Origin: Macrostomum lignano
Lineage: Eukaryota
Reading direction: 5' to 3'
DNA: 64,000 bases
NCBI GenBank assembly: GCA_002269645.1
Contig: NIVC01000412.1
Span: 930,001 to 994,000, forward strand
Shown here: positions 1 to 11,853 of the stretch, in pieces
Layout of the letters: the number at the start of each line of letters is the position of its first letter
Position numbering within the stretch: position 1 is the stretch's first letter
Program-made: the position numbers and the translations under genes
Notes under the pieces: model-generated
The model's database searches: none
What the model was told of the DNA's origin: nothing
What the model saw: the letters and a program-made list of their open reading frames with translations, nothing else

Positions 1-1617
1 AACTCAGTCGTAGTAAGCTAGTATTTAACATTTAATACATCTAATAAGTTTTAATAATTTCATTAATTAGTGTTTGATTATCCCGTGCTTAATATTAATA
101 AGGAATTACAACAATTATTTATTCAATTGTTCCTAATTGAAGCCTCTAGTCTCTATTGAGTCATTTGCCTGCAGGGTGAAAACAATCAATTAGTCTCAAC
201 TCAAGAAAGCTCTGAGACCCTTAATGTTCTATAATACGAAATTATGGTGGTAGCAACGCTACTTTATTATTGACAGTAACAAATTGAGCATATTGACAAA
301 CTACAAATTTTTTGGTGTCTAAAGAACCATTTGAATGACCATGCGATGCTATTAAAGGCTGCTTGACTGCAAATCAAGACTACCCTCCCCCCAGAATTGA
401 GGACCCAGCAGACAGAGTATCAAGGAGAAGTTGAATGCATATGTTTGTGAAATTTTCCAGCTTTATGAGTGCCAAGACAATGCAGGCAGCAATTCAAATG
501 TGAAGTCTGCCTTACCTCATTGGTGTCAACAACTAATTTCAAACCACCAATTTCCAATAAAACTTTCTCCACCTCCACCTTAGACCTTAGTCACCTTATT
601 TTGTTAAAATAAGTTACTTATTTAATCAAAACTTTAATTTTGAAGCTAATTAATTAGTTAATATTAAAATACAAATATGGCAGTTTTAATAGCATTAGCA
701 AGTGCAACAGAAAGTTACAAAAGATTAGGTAAGAAATTAATCAAAGCAATCAATGTTCACAACCAAGCAGTAAACTTCACTAGGCCTATTTAAATTAATT
801 AGGCCTACTATTCACTAAAGTTTACTAGTATGAAGTTGTTATATTTGCATGATCATTGAATCATTGTTATAAACAAAGGTATTAATTAGGCCTAGGCATT
901 TAAATTCATAGGGTCTAATGTTGTAACTTCTCTTTAGACTTACGCTTATTGAAGCTTATTAACGGATCAACACTTATTAATGGACTGGTGAGTGGTACCG
1001 AACCTGCAACCTTGCAACAAAAAACGAATCGATCAGATTCAATCATTCATTAAGTACAAGTAGGGTCTAAACTCCTATGTACTAAATCGTTTGCTAAAGC
1101 TAAAAAATTAATATTTGACTATTTGCAAAATGACTCGGATCATTCTTAACACATTAGGCCTACATATTTGAATAAGCAAGGCCAGTGTATTGCTAGTGCC
1201 AGCTGCTTGAGGATCCACGAAAAAAATCGTTTTCCAAGAAAGAAAGGTTTCGTGGGAGTGGGAGGGAAGCAAACAGCAAAGTATCGTCGTCGTGTGTAAA
1301 ATATTTTTAGATTATTAAAATATTCAAAAGTCTTATTATTAACATACTTTTTAAATTCCTGTAGCAAACATGTAAAGACTGCAATAAAGTAAAACTTGTT
1401 TAATACATTAAAGAAATTAATATTTTGTTTTCTTAGAAGCGAAAAATTTGCTTGAAAGCGCACAAAAGTTGTTGACTATAGTGAGTAGTGACCTGTGACT
1501 TTGGGATCTTATATGATACAGCATATTACTATCTTAGTAGTTTTAATAGCAAATTTAGGTACTTCCTATTCAAAGGAATCATTTAATTAAGTTTTTTGTT
1601 CCAGCGAATCAGTAATT

Positions 1618-1774
1618 ATGGGAGAAAGCAAACTAGCAGGACAAGATTTTATTAAAAAAGTTTTTTCTCCAACTCTGGCGGTGCTTGCTAGTCATGATGC
1701 GGAAACTATCTGTCAGAAGAACAACCTTTCATTCTGTGAATTGCTTAAGCCATTCCTTAAAATTTCACAAGATG
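1618..1774 (+). CDS. TRAPPC8: TRAPPC8 (Trs85) coding exon 1
   Basis: Reads MGESKLAGQDFIKKVFSPTLAVLASHDAETICQKNNLSFCELLKPFLKISQD, matching the TRAPPC8 N-terminal motif (..NHLSFAELLKPF..). GTAAGT donor at 1775, phase 1. Confidence 0.9.
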
Positions 1775-1994
1775 GTAAGTTTTTGCTTTAAAGCCCTATT
1801 ATGATTAATATTATAAGTTATAAATCATAATATAGGCTAACTAATGTGTTTTCTCTTGGCCCTTGAATTGAGTTTAACCCAAATTTATAGCTGAAGTTTG
1901 AGTTGGAAGTTAAAACTTTGTTTAAATTATAGTTGTCATAGTCCTAATATTTTATTTGCGTAGGGCCTATTATATTAGCCATAAAAGGTCCTAT

Positions 1995-2290
1995 GGCAAT
2001 CCTACACTTCCGTTCGGTAATTATTTTCACATTTGAATTTTGAATTTGAAACCACTGCATTGCAGACAGCGTGTCCAGTGTGCTTCCGACCGGAAAAAAT
2101 ATCTATGGCTCAGTCAGAAGCCAAATAGTCTATGGTTTAGACTATAGTTTAGTTTAGAATAGTTTGCACCCCTTTAAACTCTGTTCGCTCAAACTTTTGG
2201 CCATAGACACATTGCCAATCGACGTCATTTGACTCGGTGGTACGAATTCAAATGTGAAAATAATTTACCGAACGGAAGTGTAGGATTGCC
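1995..2290. mobile_element. Non-autonomous DNA transposon (MITE), Merlin-like
   Basis: About 45-bp terminal inverted repeats (ggcaatcctacacttccgttcggtaa..., one indel), an 8-bp direct repeat ggtcctat on both sides (1987-1994, 2291-2298), and GGCAA termini. Confidence 0.85.
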
Positions 2291-2346
2291 GGTCCTATAA
2301 GCATAAGGTGGTAGGTAGGGCCTATTAATAATTTTGTGAGTTAATG

Positions 2347-2453
2347 GAAATTTCGGCATAGTTCTAGTTTACTGCATTAAATTATTTTGCCCTCTATTCA
2401 AGTGTAGGGGGGTTGGAATATATCAAAGTAAACTAGAACTATGCCGAAATTTC
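2347..2453. repeat. 27-bp perfect inverted repeat (foldback) with 53-nt spacer
   Basis: gaaatttcggcatagttctagtttact (2347-2373) is the exact reverse complement of 2427-2453. Confidence 0.9.
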
Positions 2454-3070
2454 ATTGTTAACATTAATGACAATGTCAATAAGACCAACAATGCTAATAA
2501 AAACAAAAAATATGTCTGACAAGAATTTACATTATGAATTTAGTTTAATTATATGCCTTATTAATCTTTTTGTTATAAATATAAGGATAGACCTAACCAT
2601 ATAGTATAGCAAATTTTTATTTTTCCCCTTTTTTTTATAAAATAGATTCACTTGTTTTATCATATGGGGAAATCCAAAAATCGGGGGCAAGTTTTATGAA
2701 AATTCGTTTTTTGGCAATTTGAAAGCAATAAAGCTATAAAATAAATTTATTCAAGTTTTTAAAAAGTAAAAAAGTCTATTAAAGCACAAATTATTTTCGT
2801 ATAGCTTTATTTTTAATAAAATGATTTGTTAAAACGGTAAGTTTAATTACGACCTAAAATGAGTCTAATGAAAATGATTGAAAAGCTATAATAATGTATT
2901 TTATTAACTTTAACTATCTTATAATGTTACACTCTATAATTCTACAACATATTTAACATTATTTTAAGGTTTTATTTGTTTATCACTTTCGTTACTCTTG
3001 ACAACGTGTATTTTGTAGAGTTCGTTTGCAATAAATTGTATTCAACGTAAGTTTATTATTTAAACATACA

Positions 3071-3780
3071 AATTCCCGTAAGGATCGGAAAATTGCATTT
3101 TACTCAGCTTCTACTAAAGCGATTTGGAAAATTCTTTTTTTCCTGCATACACGCCGCGATGATACATGTTTTAGTGTAATTTCATTGTTCTTCGTCGCTT
3201 AATAAGCATACAGTAAGCATCTGATTTGGAAGCCGGGTAACACATTGGAATTCCCATAAGGATTGGAAAATTGCATTTTACTCAGCTTCTACTGAAGCGA
3301 TTTGGAAAATTCTTTTTTTCCTGCATACACGCCGCGATGATACATGTTTTAGTGTAATTTCATTGTTCTTCGTCGCTTAATAAGCATACAGTAAGCATCT
3401 GATTTGGAAGCCGGGTAACACATTGGAATTCCCATAAGGATTGGAAAATTGCATTTTACTCAGCTTCTACTGAAGCGATTTGGAAAATTCTTTTTTTCCT
3501 GCATACACGCCGCGATGATACATGTTTTAGTATAATTTCATTGTTCTTCGTCGCTTAATAAGCATACAGTAAGCATCTGATTTGGAAGCCGGGTAACACA
3601 TTGGAATTCCCATAAGGATTGGAAAATTGCATTTTACTCAGCTTCTACTGAAGCGATTTGGAAAATTCTTTTTTTCCTGCATACACGCCGCGATGATACA
3701 TGTTTTAGTGTAATTTCATTGTTCTTCGTCGCTTAATGAGCATACAGTAAGCATCTGATTTGGATGCCGGGTTCACATTT
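3071..3780. repeat. 178-bp tandem repeat, 4 copies
   Basis: Unit starts (aattccc) at 3071, 3249, 3427 and 3605; copies are near identical. Confidence 0.95.
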
Positions 3781-4825
3781 TGTGGTACCATTTTTTACCC
3801 AAAATTTTTAAGTCTAAATATAGGCATATTACAAATACTAATACTATGCAAGTTGATATTTAAATGAAAGAAAACAACTTAAAGATTATTTTGCAACAAG
3901 GAATTAGTGATATATTTACTTTTAGAAAAAGATGTTTGCTGGCAAACTTTGCACTTTATATTAGTATGAATTTTTGCGAGTTTATATGGTTTTAGAAAAA
4001 CTTTGAAATCCTTAGAAATACTTCATCTTTTTGAATTGAATAAAAAGTAAAACACAGATTACTTTCTGTTTTGTAAGTAGTAAAAAAATTAGCCTTCTCT
4101 AAGGCCTACAAGTCTTAAAATTAATTGTTTAATAATGAAAAAAAGTGAAACAAAAAATTGCAAATCGGTCAACTCGGACTTTCAAAATGCTTTTTTGTGG
4201 TTTTTTCTTATTTATTCAACAATATAAAGCATGAAAACAATAGTTTTTATCCAGAACTATTTTCTAAAGACCTATCTATCTTTCAAAAACCTTTTTTAGA
4301 TACATTACTTTCCATCGAATGTCCGCAGATTTGTTTTACCGTTTTATCCCACGTTTTTGGATTTCGCCATATATTATCAATATTTTATAACTTTATGCTA
4401 TACCTAATAATATTACTAAAACAACTTTATATATAAAAAAGTATCAAAATTCAATAGCTAAGATAGAAATTCAGATCCTAGCATTGCTATAACAAATTAA
4501 CAAAGTCTAAAATTTATTAAGGCTTAACAACAACTAAATCCTAATCAAGTTACCAAATGTAATCAGTATAAAATATATAAATGTTTATAATAATTCTGAG
4601 ATACTAACTCATACATGCGCAATAGTCGGCCGAGTTGGCCAATCCGGCCAACCGATTTGGCGGCCAACCAAGTTGCAAAAATGCCCACCCAAAAGAATAC
4701 CAAAGTAGTAGTACTAAGTAGTTGATGAGGCATTTAGACTTAATAAGACAGTCATAGTTACTCCTGCCGTTTACCCAAAGTTGCGTTAATTTTGCGTTAG
4801 GTTTTTTACATATAAGTTACATATA

Positions 4826-6466
4826 AGTTGCAAAATCATAGAAGCGTCATGTAAAAAATCATAGAAGCGTCATGTAAACAATCATGAAAGCGTCATGAAA
4901 AAATCATAGAAGCGTCGTGTAAACAATCATAGAAGCGTAATGTAGAGAATCATAGAAGCGTCATGTAAAAAATCATAGGAGCGTCATGTAAACAATCAAA
5001 GAAGCGTCATGTAAAAAATCATAGAAGCGTCATGTAAAAAATCATAGAAGCGTCATGTAAACAATCATAGAAGCGTCATGAAAAAATCATAGAAGCGTCA
5101 TGTAAAAAATCAAAGAAGCGTCATGTAAAAAATCATAGAAGCGTCATGTAAACAATCATAGAAGCGTCATGTAAACAATCATATAAGCGTCATGTACAAA
5201 AGCATAGAAGCGTCATGTAAAAAAGCATAGAAGCGTCATGTAAACAATCATAGAAGTGTCATGTAAACAATCATATAAGTGTCATGTAAAAAAGCATAGA
5301 AGCGTCATGTAAATAATTATAGAAGCGTCATGTAAAAAATCATAGAAGCGCCATGAAAAAGTCATAGAAGCGTCATGTAAAAAATAATAGAAGCATCATG
5401 TAAACAATCATGAAAGTGTCATGTAAAAAAATCATAGAAGCGTCATGTAAACAATCATGAAAGCGTCATGAAAAAAATCATAGAAGCATCGTGTAAACAA
5501 TCATAAAAGCGTAATGTAGAGAATCATAGAAGCGTCATGTAAAAAAATCATAGAAGCCTCATGTAGAGAATCATAGAAGCGTCATGTAAAAAATCATAGA
5601 AGCGTCATGTAAACAATCAAAGAAGCGTCATGTAAAAAATCATAGAAGCGTCATGTAAACAATCATAGAAGCGTCATGAAAAAATCATAGAAGCGTCATG
5701 TAAAAAATCAAAGAAGCGTCATGTAAAAAATCATAGAAGCGTCATGTAAACAATCATAGAAGCGTCATGTAAACAATCATATAAGCGTCATGTACTAAAG
5801 CATAGAAGCGTCATGTAAAAAAGCATAGAAGCGTCATATAAACAATCATAGAAGCGTCATGTAAACAATCATATAAGCGTCATGTAAAAAAGCATAGAAG
5901 CGTCATATAAACAATTATAGAAGCGTCACGTAAAAAATGATAGAAGCGCCATGAAAAGTCATAGAAGCGTCATGTAAAAAATAATAGAAGCATCATGTAA
6001 ACAATCATGAAAGCGTCATATAAAAAAATCATAGAAGCGTCATGTAAACAATCATGAAAGCGTCATGTAAAAAATCATCGAAGCGTCAGTTAAAAAATCA
6101 TAAAAGCGGCATGTAAAAAATCATATAAGCGTCATATAAAAAATCATAGAAGCGTCATGTAAACAATCATAGAAGCGTCATGTAAACAATCATAGAAGCG
6201 TCAAGTAAACAATCATAAAAACATCATGTAAACAATCATAGAAGCGTCAAGTAAACAATCATAAAAACATCATGTAAACAATCATAGAAGCGTCATCTAA
6301 CAATCATAGAAGCGTCATGTAAACAACCATAGAAGCGTCATGTAAAAAATCATAGAAGCCTTATATAAAAACTAATGGAAGCGTCATTTGAGAAATCATA
6401 GAAGCGTCATGTAAAAAATCATAGAAGCGTCATGTAAACAATTATAGAAGCGTCATGTAAACAATC
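4826..6466. repeat. 23-bp satellite (atcatagaagcgtcatgtaaaaa), left part
   Basis: Directly visible tandem array. The variant gcgtaatgtagag recurs at about 4935 and 5509, indicating a higher-order unit of about 575 bp. Confidence 0.97.
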
Positions 6467-6567
6467 GCAGACTTGACTTTTGACTTAGCTGCAGGGCTGT
6501 CCCGGAGGGGACACAGCGGGAAGGCGCGGGCGCCCATTCCGCTAGTCCCTGAACGGCCGACGCGTCG

Positions 6568-9500
6568 CTATGGACGGAGGGTTGGCGCCGCCCAGGGAGG
6601 TCCCCCAGTGTCGCCAGCAGCTATGGTGCTCTCTGGAAAGGAGAGTTCAGCCCTGCGGGTGGCCCGAAGGTAGCGCATGAGCTGATTAAAGTTTTCGGGT
6701 TTGCACGCTTCAGTAATAGATGTGTGTGGCCCGAGGTAAGTGAGTCTGGCCCGCGTGAAGGCGGGACAGATGCTGACGAAATGCTCAGCGGTTTCGTCAC
6801 CTGAGTTGCAGAAACTACAGGTGGCGTTGGTGGCGTTGCCCTGCAGGTACTGGTGCCTGGAGAAGCAGCCGTGACCAGAGAGGGTCATGGTGGCAGCCCG
6901 GATGTCTCTGCGCGAGAGGCGCAAGAGGAGCTTCCGGAGCTGGTGAGAGGGCTGAGGGACAGCGCCTCTGGATTGCCTGCAGTTCGTGCGGTTCGCCCAA
7001 GTCGAGCGGTGCTGAGTCCTGATCCACGCTTTGATGCGCGAGTCGATGACACAGCCAGGAATCGGGACAAGAGGTTCGGGGCCGAGAGAGGAGCCGGAGG
7101 CACCAACTTTTGCAAGGGTGTCAGCCAACTCATTTCCTCGGATCCCCACATGCCCCGGAACCCACTTAAGGGTAATTTTGTTGGCGGAACCCAACGCATT
7201 GAGGAGTTTGATACAGTCAAGGACTGTAGCAGAGTTGGTGCTGCAGCCACTGATGGCGTGCAAGGCAGCTTGGCTGTCCGAATGGAAAATGATGTTCTTA
7301 CCAGTAACGCCAGTGGCGAGAAGCTCTGCAGTGCAGGAGCTGATGGCCAGAACTTCATTTTGGAAAACACTGGAGTTGACCCCAGTGTATTGAGCGTGGG
7401 TAGCGATGACCCTCCCATTCAGAAAGATTCCAACACCAAAGCCGGTGTTGGCTGACTGCTTAGAACCGTCGGTGTAGCAATGAAGCTCACCAGGGTTCCA
7501 ATGGTCATTGATGTTATCGCGCGAGTCGATAGCTACGGAGTAGCGCTGTCTCAGGTTGAGCGTTGAGGCAATGCCATCGGTGAAGACGCGATTGGCCTGA
7601 CACTCGTTGAGAAAGTTGAGGCACAGATCGCTATGCGGGACAAGGTTCCGCTTAGCAGGTGCTCTCATGTAAATGAATTTGACGCCGGCATCAATTAGAC
7701 GCCGCGTCGTTCTAGCCGCCTTACCCCTGATGAAGAGGTCAAGAGGCGGAAGATTAAGAAAGGCCCCCATGCCAGCAAAGGGCGTGTACCTGGTGGCGTT
7801 GCAGATAAGCCTACACGCTCTGCCTTGGATCGTGTTGAGCAGGTCTGCATGGCTTTTGACCTGGGTAGCGCTAACCCAGACAACAGAGGCGTACGTAATG
7901 GCAGGTCTAACTGCGGAAGTATAGATCCACCAAAGCCGCTTTGGGGATAGACCCCAAGAAGTGCCAAGTGCTCGTCGGAGCTGGGCCAGGATGGCTGAGG
8001 CACGCTTAGCTTTTGCTTTCACGTGGAAGGACCAGTTGAGCCGGTGGTCAAGTGTGACCCCGAGACATCTGGTCTGGTGCGCGAAGGCAATATCTCTGCC
8101 GTAGAGCTGCAGAGGACGTATGTTCCAGCGTAGTCTGCTGGTAAACATAATGGCAACGGTTTTGGGCTCAGAGAGTTCCAAACCATTGTCATTGGCCCAG
8201 GATTCTGCTTTGCGGATAAAGCTCTGCATCAGATCCCTGAGCGTGCTGGGAGACGGTCCTGCCACAATGGCCGTGACGTCATCAGCATACCCGACTTTGA
8301 AGACGGGGTCAGGTCGGGAGTCACTCAGAAGAGCGTCCATGACCAGGTTCCAGAGCGTCGGGGTGAGGACTCCGCCTTGGGGTCCACCCTTACAGACTCT
8401 GGTGGAGGCAGTTTGCCCAAGAAGTTGGGCAGTGACCGTACGGTTGGAGATCATGTACATGATCCACCGTATGAGGGTAGCATGAGCTTTGCGATTTTGA
8501 AGGGCCCTCTGAAACGCTTCAAAGATAACGTTGTCGAAGGCGCCAACAATGTCAAGAAAGAGAGCCAGGGCGTAACCGTCACCCAGTACCGCCCGTTCAA
8601 TCTTTTCGACAATCGCATGCAGGGCGCTGTCAGTCGACCTCCCGGTACGGAAGGCGTGCTGATTATTGCTGAGGGGCATCGCTGTCAGCTCGCAGGAGAG
8701 CAGCCGCCAGAGAATAAGCCTCTCAGTGAGCTTAAGCATTGCTGACGTTAAGCTAATTGGCCGGAAGGCCTTGACGCTTTGGTAGTCACCCTTCCCAGGT
8801 TTGGGAATAAAGACTACTCGAGCTTCAGTCCAGCTTTTGGGAACGTATCCCAGCTGGATAGAGGCCCGCATAAGATTGCGGGTGAGTCTCAGGAACGAGG
8901 GTATCTTGGCTGCTTCACGAAGGAGAACAGGGTAGATACCATCAGGTCCAGGAGATTTGAAGGGTTTGAAGGTTCTGACCGCACGAGCGATTAGGTCTTC
9001 AGTGACAATGCCCGCCGCTAGGGTGGCTCCATCCATCGAATGGTTGGGCTCCGGTCTAGCAGTAGGTACCCTCGGGAAGAATGTGCTAAGCATATGCTGA
9101 AGCACTTCTTCAGGGTCTTTAGTAAGAGAGCCATCATCTTTTTTGATCATGGCTAATTTGGACATTTTGTCCATTGTAAGGGCCTTGACAAGCCTAGAAG
9201 TAGGTCTGTCTTGATCCAATTCATTGCAGAATTGGCGCCACTTACATTCCTTGGCCTTGCGCACTTCAGATTTGAAATTGCGGGAGGCTTGCCGGAAAAG
9301 CTCCATGTCCTCCGGGTTTCCGGTCTTCATGGCACGGCGATGAAGGCTTTTGGCCTTCCGCCTGAGTTTCCCCAGCTCCGGGTTCCACCACGGCGCCGAG
9401 GTCTTGCCTCTGTAGGCGCGAGCAGGACAAGCCGCTTCGTAGGCTGCAATAATGCAACCTGTCAGCGTCTCAGCCATATGATCCACATCCTCGCAGGTCT

Positions 9501-10308
9501 CAATCGGACGTAAGTCCGTGAGTTCCTGCAGGTGCAGATCAAGGGCAGCCTTGTAGGCCGCCCAATCAGTGTTGCGGATATTGCGTCTCCAAGTGATCGG
9601 AGACTGGGTTTTAGTGTCCGCGATATTAAAGGCAATAAAGCAGTGGTCAGACAGGGAGGGCTCCTCAGACCAGACTCTCCACTCCTTGACTCTGTCAAAG
9701 AGTCTTGGGGTAACGAGTGTGGCGTCGAGGACCTCGGTCCATCTGCCATTATTAAAGGTAGGAGTGCTGCCGCGGTTGCAGAGCATGAGGTTTGTGTTAG
9801 AGATGAGGGCCAGAAGCTCCTCTCCTCTAGTGTTGGTATCTTTGCTGCCCCAGTGCTTGTGGTGCGCGTTGAGGTCGCCCCCTAAGCACAGCTCAGCGTT
9901 CTGGGACTCGCAGTACTGCGCAAGGCGCAGTAAACTCTCGGGAGCAGGGTCTCTGTCGCCTGGGATATAAACCGAGGCAACAAGACACGTACGCGGAGAG
10001 AAATGATTAGATTGGATGACGCAAAGGTCTCCATCAGAGAGATCAGTCCTCAGCCAAGCCTGGAGATGGCTAGCAGCGAGGATAGCCGCTCTAGGGCGGC
10101 TGTTCCCCGGGCCACACACATAAAAATCAGAGTAGCCAGAGGGAATGTTGGGCAACTTACCGTTGCGCATCCAGGGTTCCTGGATCAGGATGAGGCCTGG
10201 CCTGTACAGCTCAGCAATCTTCATCAGATTTACTGACGCAGATACGCAATGCTGTAAATTTATTTGCAGACAGAATGTCGCTCCTTTGGCAGCGTGGAGC
10301 TTAGTCAT
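6568..10308 (-). CDS. Retrotransposon ORF2: APE endonuclease, reverse transcriptase, RNase H, CCHC finger (1246 aa)
   Basis: APE motifs IQEPW, VYIP, GDLNAHH, SDH; RT motifs PKPGK, FRPISL, GPQGGVLTPTLWN, YADD; RNase H motifs YTDGS, HSDSQA, WVPGHVGIRGNELAD; C-terminal CX2CX8HX4C. Confidence 0.97.
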   Translation of the reverse strand: MTKLHAAKGATFCLQINLQHCVSASVNLMKIAELYRPGLILIQEPWMRNGKLPNIPSGYSDFYVCGPGNSRPRAAILAASHLQAWLRTDLSDGDLCVIQSNHFSPRTCLVASVYIPGDRDPAPESLLRLAQYCESQNAELCLGGDLNAHHKHWGSKDTNTRGEELLALISNTNLMLCNRGSTPTFNNGRWTEVLDATLVTPRLFDRVKEWRVWSEEPSLSDHCFIAFNIADTKTQSPITWRRNIRNTDWAAYKAALDLHLQELTDLRPIETCEDVDHMAETLTGCIIAAYEAACPARAYRGKTSAPWWNPELGKLRRKAKSLHRRAMKTGNPEDMELFRQASRNFKSEVRKAKECKWRQFCNELDQDRPTSRLVKALTMDKMSKLAMIKKDDGSLTKDPEEVLQHMLSTFFPRVPTARPEPNHSMDGATLAAGIVTEDLIARAVRTFKPFKSPGPDGIYPVLLREAAKIPSFLRLTRNLMRASIQLGYVPKSWTEARVVFIPKPGKGDYQSVKAFRPISLTSAMLKLTERLILWRLLSCELTAMPLSNNQHAFRTGRSTDSALHAIVEKIERAVLGDGYALALFLDIVGAFDNVIFEAFQRALQNRKAHATLIRWIMYMISNRTVTAQLLGQTASTRVCKGGPQGGVLTPTLWNLVMDALLSDSRPDPVFKVGYADDVTAIVAGPSPSTLRDLMQSFIRKAESWANDNGLELSEPKTVAIMFTSRLRWNIRPLQLYGRDIAFAHQTRCLGVTLDHRLNWSFHVKAKAKRASAILAQLRRALGTSWGLSPKRLWWIYTSAVRPAITYASVVWVSATQVKSHADLLNTIQGRACRLICNATRYTPFAGMGAFLNLPPLDLFIRGKAARTTRRLIDAGVKFIYMRAPAKRNLVPHSDLCLNFLNECQANRVFTDGIASTLNLRQRYSVAIDSRDNINDHWNPGELHCYTDGSKQSANTGFGVGIFLNGRVIATHAQYTGVNSSVFQNEVLAISSCTAELLATGVTGKNIIFHSDSQAALHAISGCSTNSATVLDCIKLLNALGSANKITLKWVPGHVGIRGNELADTLAKVGASGSSLGPEPLVPIPGCVIDSRIKAWIRTQHRSTWANRTNCRQSRGAVPQPSHQLRKLLLRLSRRDIRAATMTLSGHGCFSRHQYLQGNATNATCSFCNSGDETAEHFVSICPAFTRARLTYLGPHTSITEACKPENFNQLMRYLRATRRAELSFPESTIAAGDTGGPPWAAPTLRP

Positions 10309-10347
10309 ACTGTATTAAATGCAATATCTGGCTAGAGCCCAGGGTCA

Positions 10348-11853
10348 TCAAGGAGACTTGGACAACAGATCGTCCTCGTCCCAGGCCGCTGGGGCTTGAC
10401 TGGGAGATGGGAGTTGGTCGACGTCCATGGCCTCCTCACCCCCACCGGCCCCCCCAGCAGACTCCTCAGGCTCCGATGACAGGATGGAGGAAGCTTCCTC
10501 ACCTGCATCTTTACCTTCAGACCCCACCAAGGTGGCCGAGGAGAGCTCGGATTCCGAAGACCCGGCCTCGTCCTCAACTCCTTCTCCGACTGGCAGGTTT
10601 GGTTCCCGGGGCTCGGCCGGAGCCGTTACCGCGGTCGCCGAACTGCTGCTAGCAGAGGGGCGAGATGCAGCTTTGGCTTTGGGATCGGCTTGCGCCTTTC
10701 CTTGGGCCTTAGACTGCGCCCCGCTCTTGCCGGAGATGCCGGGGTTGGCAGTAGCCTTCCCTTTGGCAGACTTTCCTCGGCGCAACTTGAGCTTGAGGGC
10801 ACCCAGCTGGAAAGAGGATCCATTAGGGTACCGACTCGCCCAAGTGCTGGAAAGGCCGAGGACAATTGAGTTGCCCGTCTCCCCCCTGCGGACTTTACGG
10901 TGATACACCAGTCCACTAGCAGGGAGGTCGGGGTTCAGACGCAGTAGGACCCGGCGAATAACGTCTGGTCCAGCTGCGGTGCTCTTAGCAGGGACGAAAA
11001 CCACATAGGGTATCGTCTTTGGGCGCTGGCCCTCGCGAAGAAAAAGAGCTCCGCCAAGGTCAGCATCCAAGGAGACCGTCGGTAGCCGCTGGAGCAGCCG
11101 CCGAGCGTCCTCCTCGCTGCTAGGAGCAATAAGAACGAATGTGCTTCGCAGCACCATCCGCTCAACGCCGATGGAGATTCCCTCCTCGACAGTCAGCTCA
11201 ATCAGATAGGAGTCAACAGCACTCCACACTTTTTGAAGCTGATCAGTGGTCCAGTCCTGGTCGCGACCTTGGATGATCACTCCCGGGATTTTGGCCTTGG
11301 CCTTCGCCGCAAAGGTAGCTCCCGAAGGAACCTCCTTGTTGGCAGTGGCCATTTGTTGCGCCGTGGTTTCGGCCTCAGCAGCCGCGGCAGCAGCTCCAGG
11401 GAGCGCCGCCGCTGAACTACTGGAGCTTCCACCGGCCGGCCCGCCTGGTTGCCTTGGGACTCCAGTCGCTTCAGCATCCATGGTGGACGCCGCCGCTTTG
11501 GCCCCCGCAGCTCCCTTCTTGGCCTGCCTTTTGGCGCGTTGTTTAGCGCGTTTGCGCTCAAGCCGAGCCCGCTGAGCTTCATCGGATCTGCCAGATTTGG
11601 CCGGTCCTTTAGGCTCAGAGCTCGCGGTTCCCTTAGATCCACCAGCGGAGCTGGCAGGTGTTAGGGTATTTTGAGTTTGGTAGCTCTGGTCGGATCTGCC
11701 AGCAGAGCCAGCCGGTCCTTCCTTTGCCACAGTTGAATCAGTCGGTTGGGATCTGCCAGCAGGGCCGGCCGGTCCTTCGGACTGAGGTTGGGGTTTAGAA
11801 GGGTCCCCATCCCTAGAAATAGCTTGTTTATCCATAGTCGGCTCGAAGGCCAT
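10348..11853 (-). CDS. Retrotransposon ORF1 (gag-like, basic and low-complexity; no CCHC knuckle seen)
   Basis: Long open frame ending 39 nt upstream of ORF2. First ATG at 11853 (the track start at 11910 is GTG). Contains the basic tract RLERKRAKQRAKRQAKK and an acidic C-terminus. Confidence 0.85.
   Translation of the reverse strand: MAFEPTMDKQAISRDGDPSKPQPQSEGPAGPAGRSQPTDSTVAKEGPAGSAGRSDQSYQTQNTLTPASSAGGSKGTASSEPKGPAKSGRSDEAQRARLERKRAKQRAKRQAKKGAAGAKAAASTMDAEATGVPRQPGGPAGGSSSSSAAALPGAAAAAAEAETTAQQMATANKEVPSGATFAAKAKAKIPGVIIQGRDQDWTTDQLQKVWSAVDSYLIELTVEEGISIGVERMVLRSTFVLIAPSSEEDARRLLQRLPTVSLDADLGGALFLREGQRPKTIPYVVFVPAKSTAAGPDVIRRVLLRLNPDLPASGLVYHRKVRRGETGNSIVLGLSSTWASRYPNGSSFQLGALKLKLRRGKSAKGKATANPGISGKSGAQSKAQGKAQADPKAKAASRPSASSSSATAVTAPAEPREPNLPVGEGVEDEAGSSESELSSATLVGSEGKDAGEEASSILSSEPEESAGGAGGGEEAMDVDQLPSPSQAPAAWDEDDLLSKSP

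Noticed and set aside
516-1003. Two possible - strand micro-exons (516-578, VEVEKVLLEIGGLKLVVDTNE; 944-1003) with AG/GTAAG boundaries
   Set aside because: Too short to recognise, phases do not obviously join, and no start was found. They may belong to a divergent neighbouring gene, but this is unsupported.
3140-3230. C/D snoRNA-like boxes (gcgatga ... ctga) in the 178-bp repeat
   Set aside because: Box C is imperfect, there is no convincing terminal stem, and no rRNA/snRNA complementarity was recognised.
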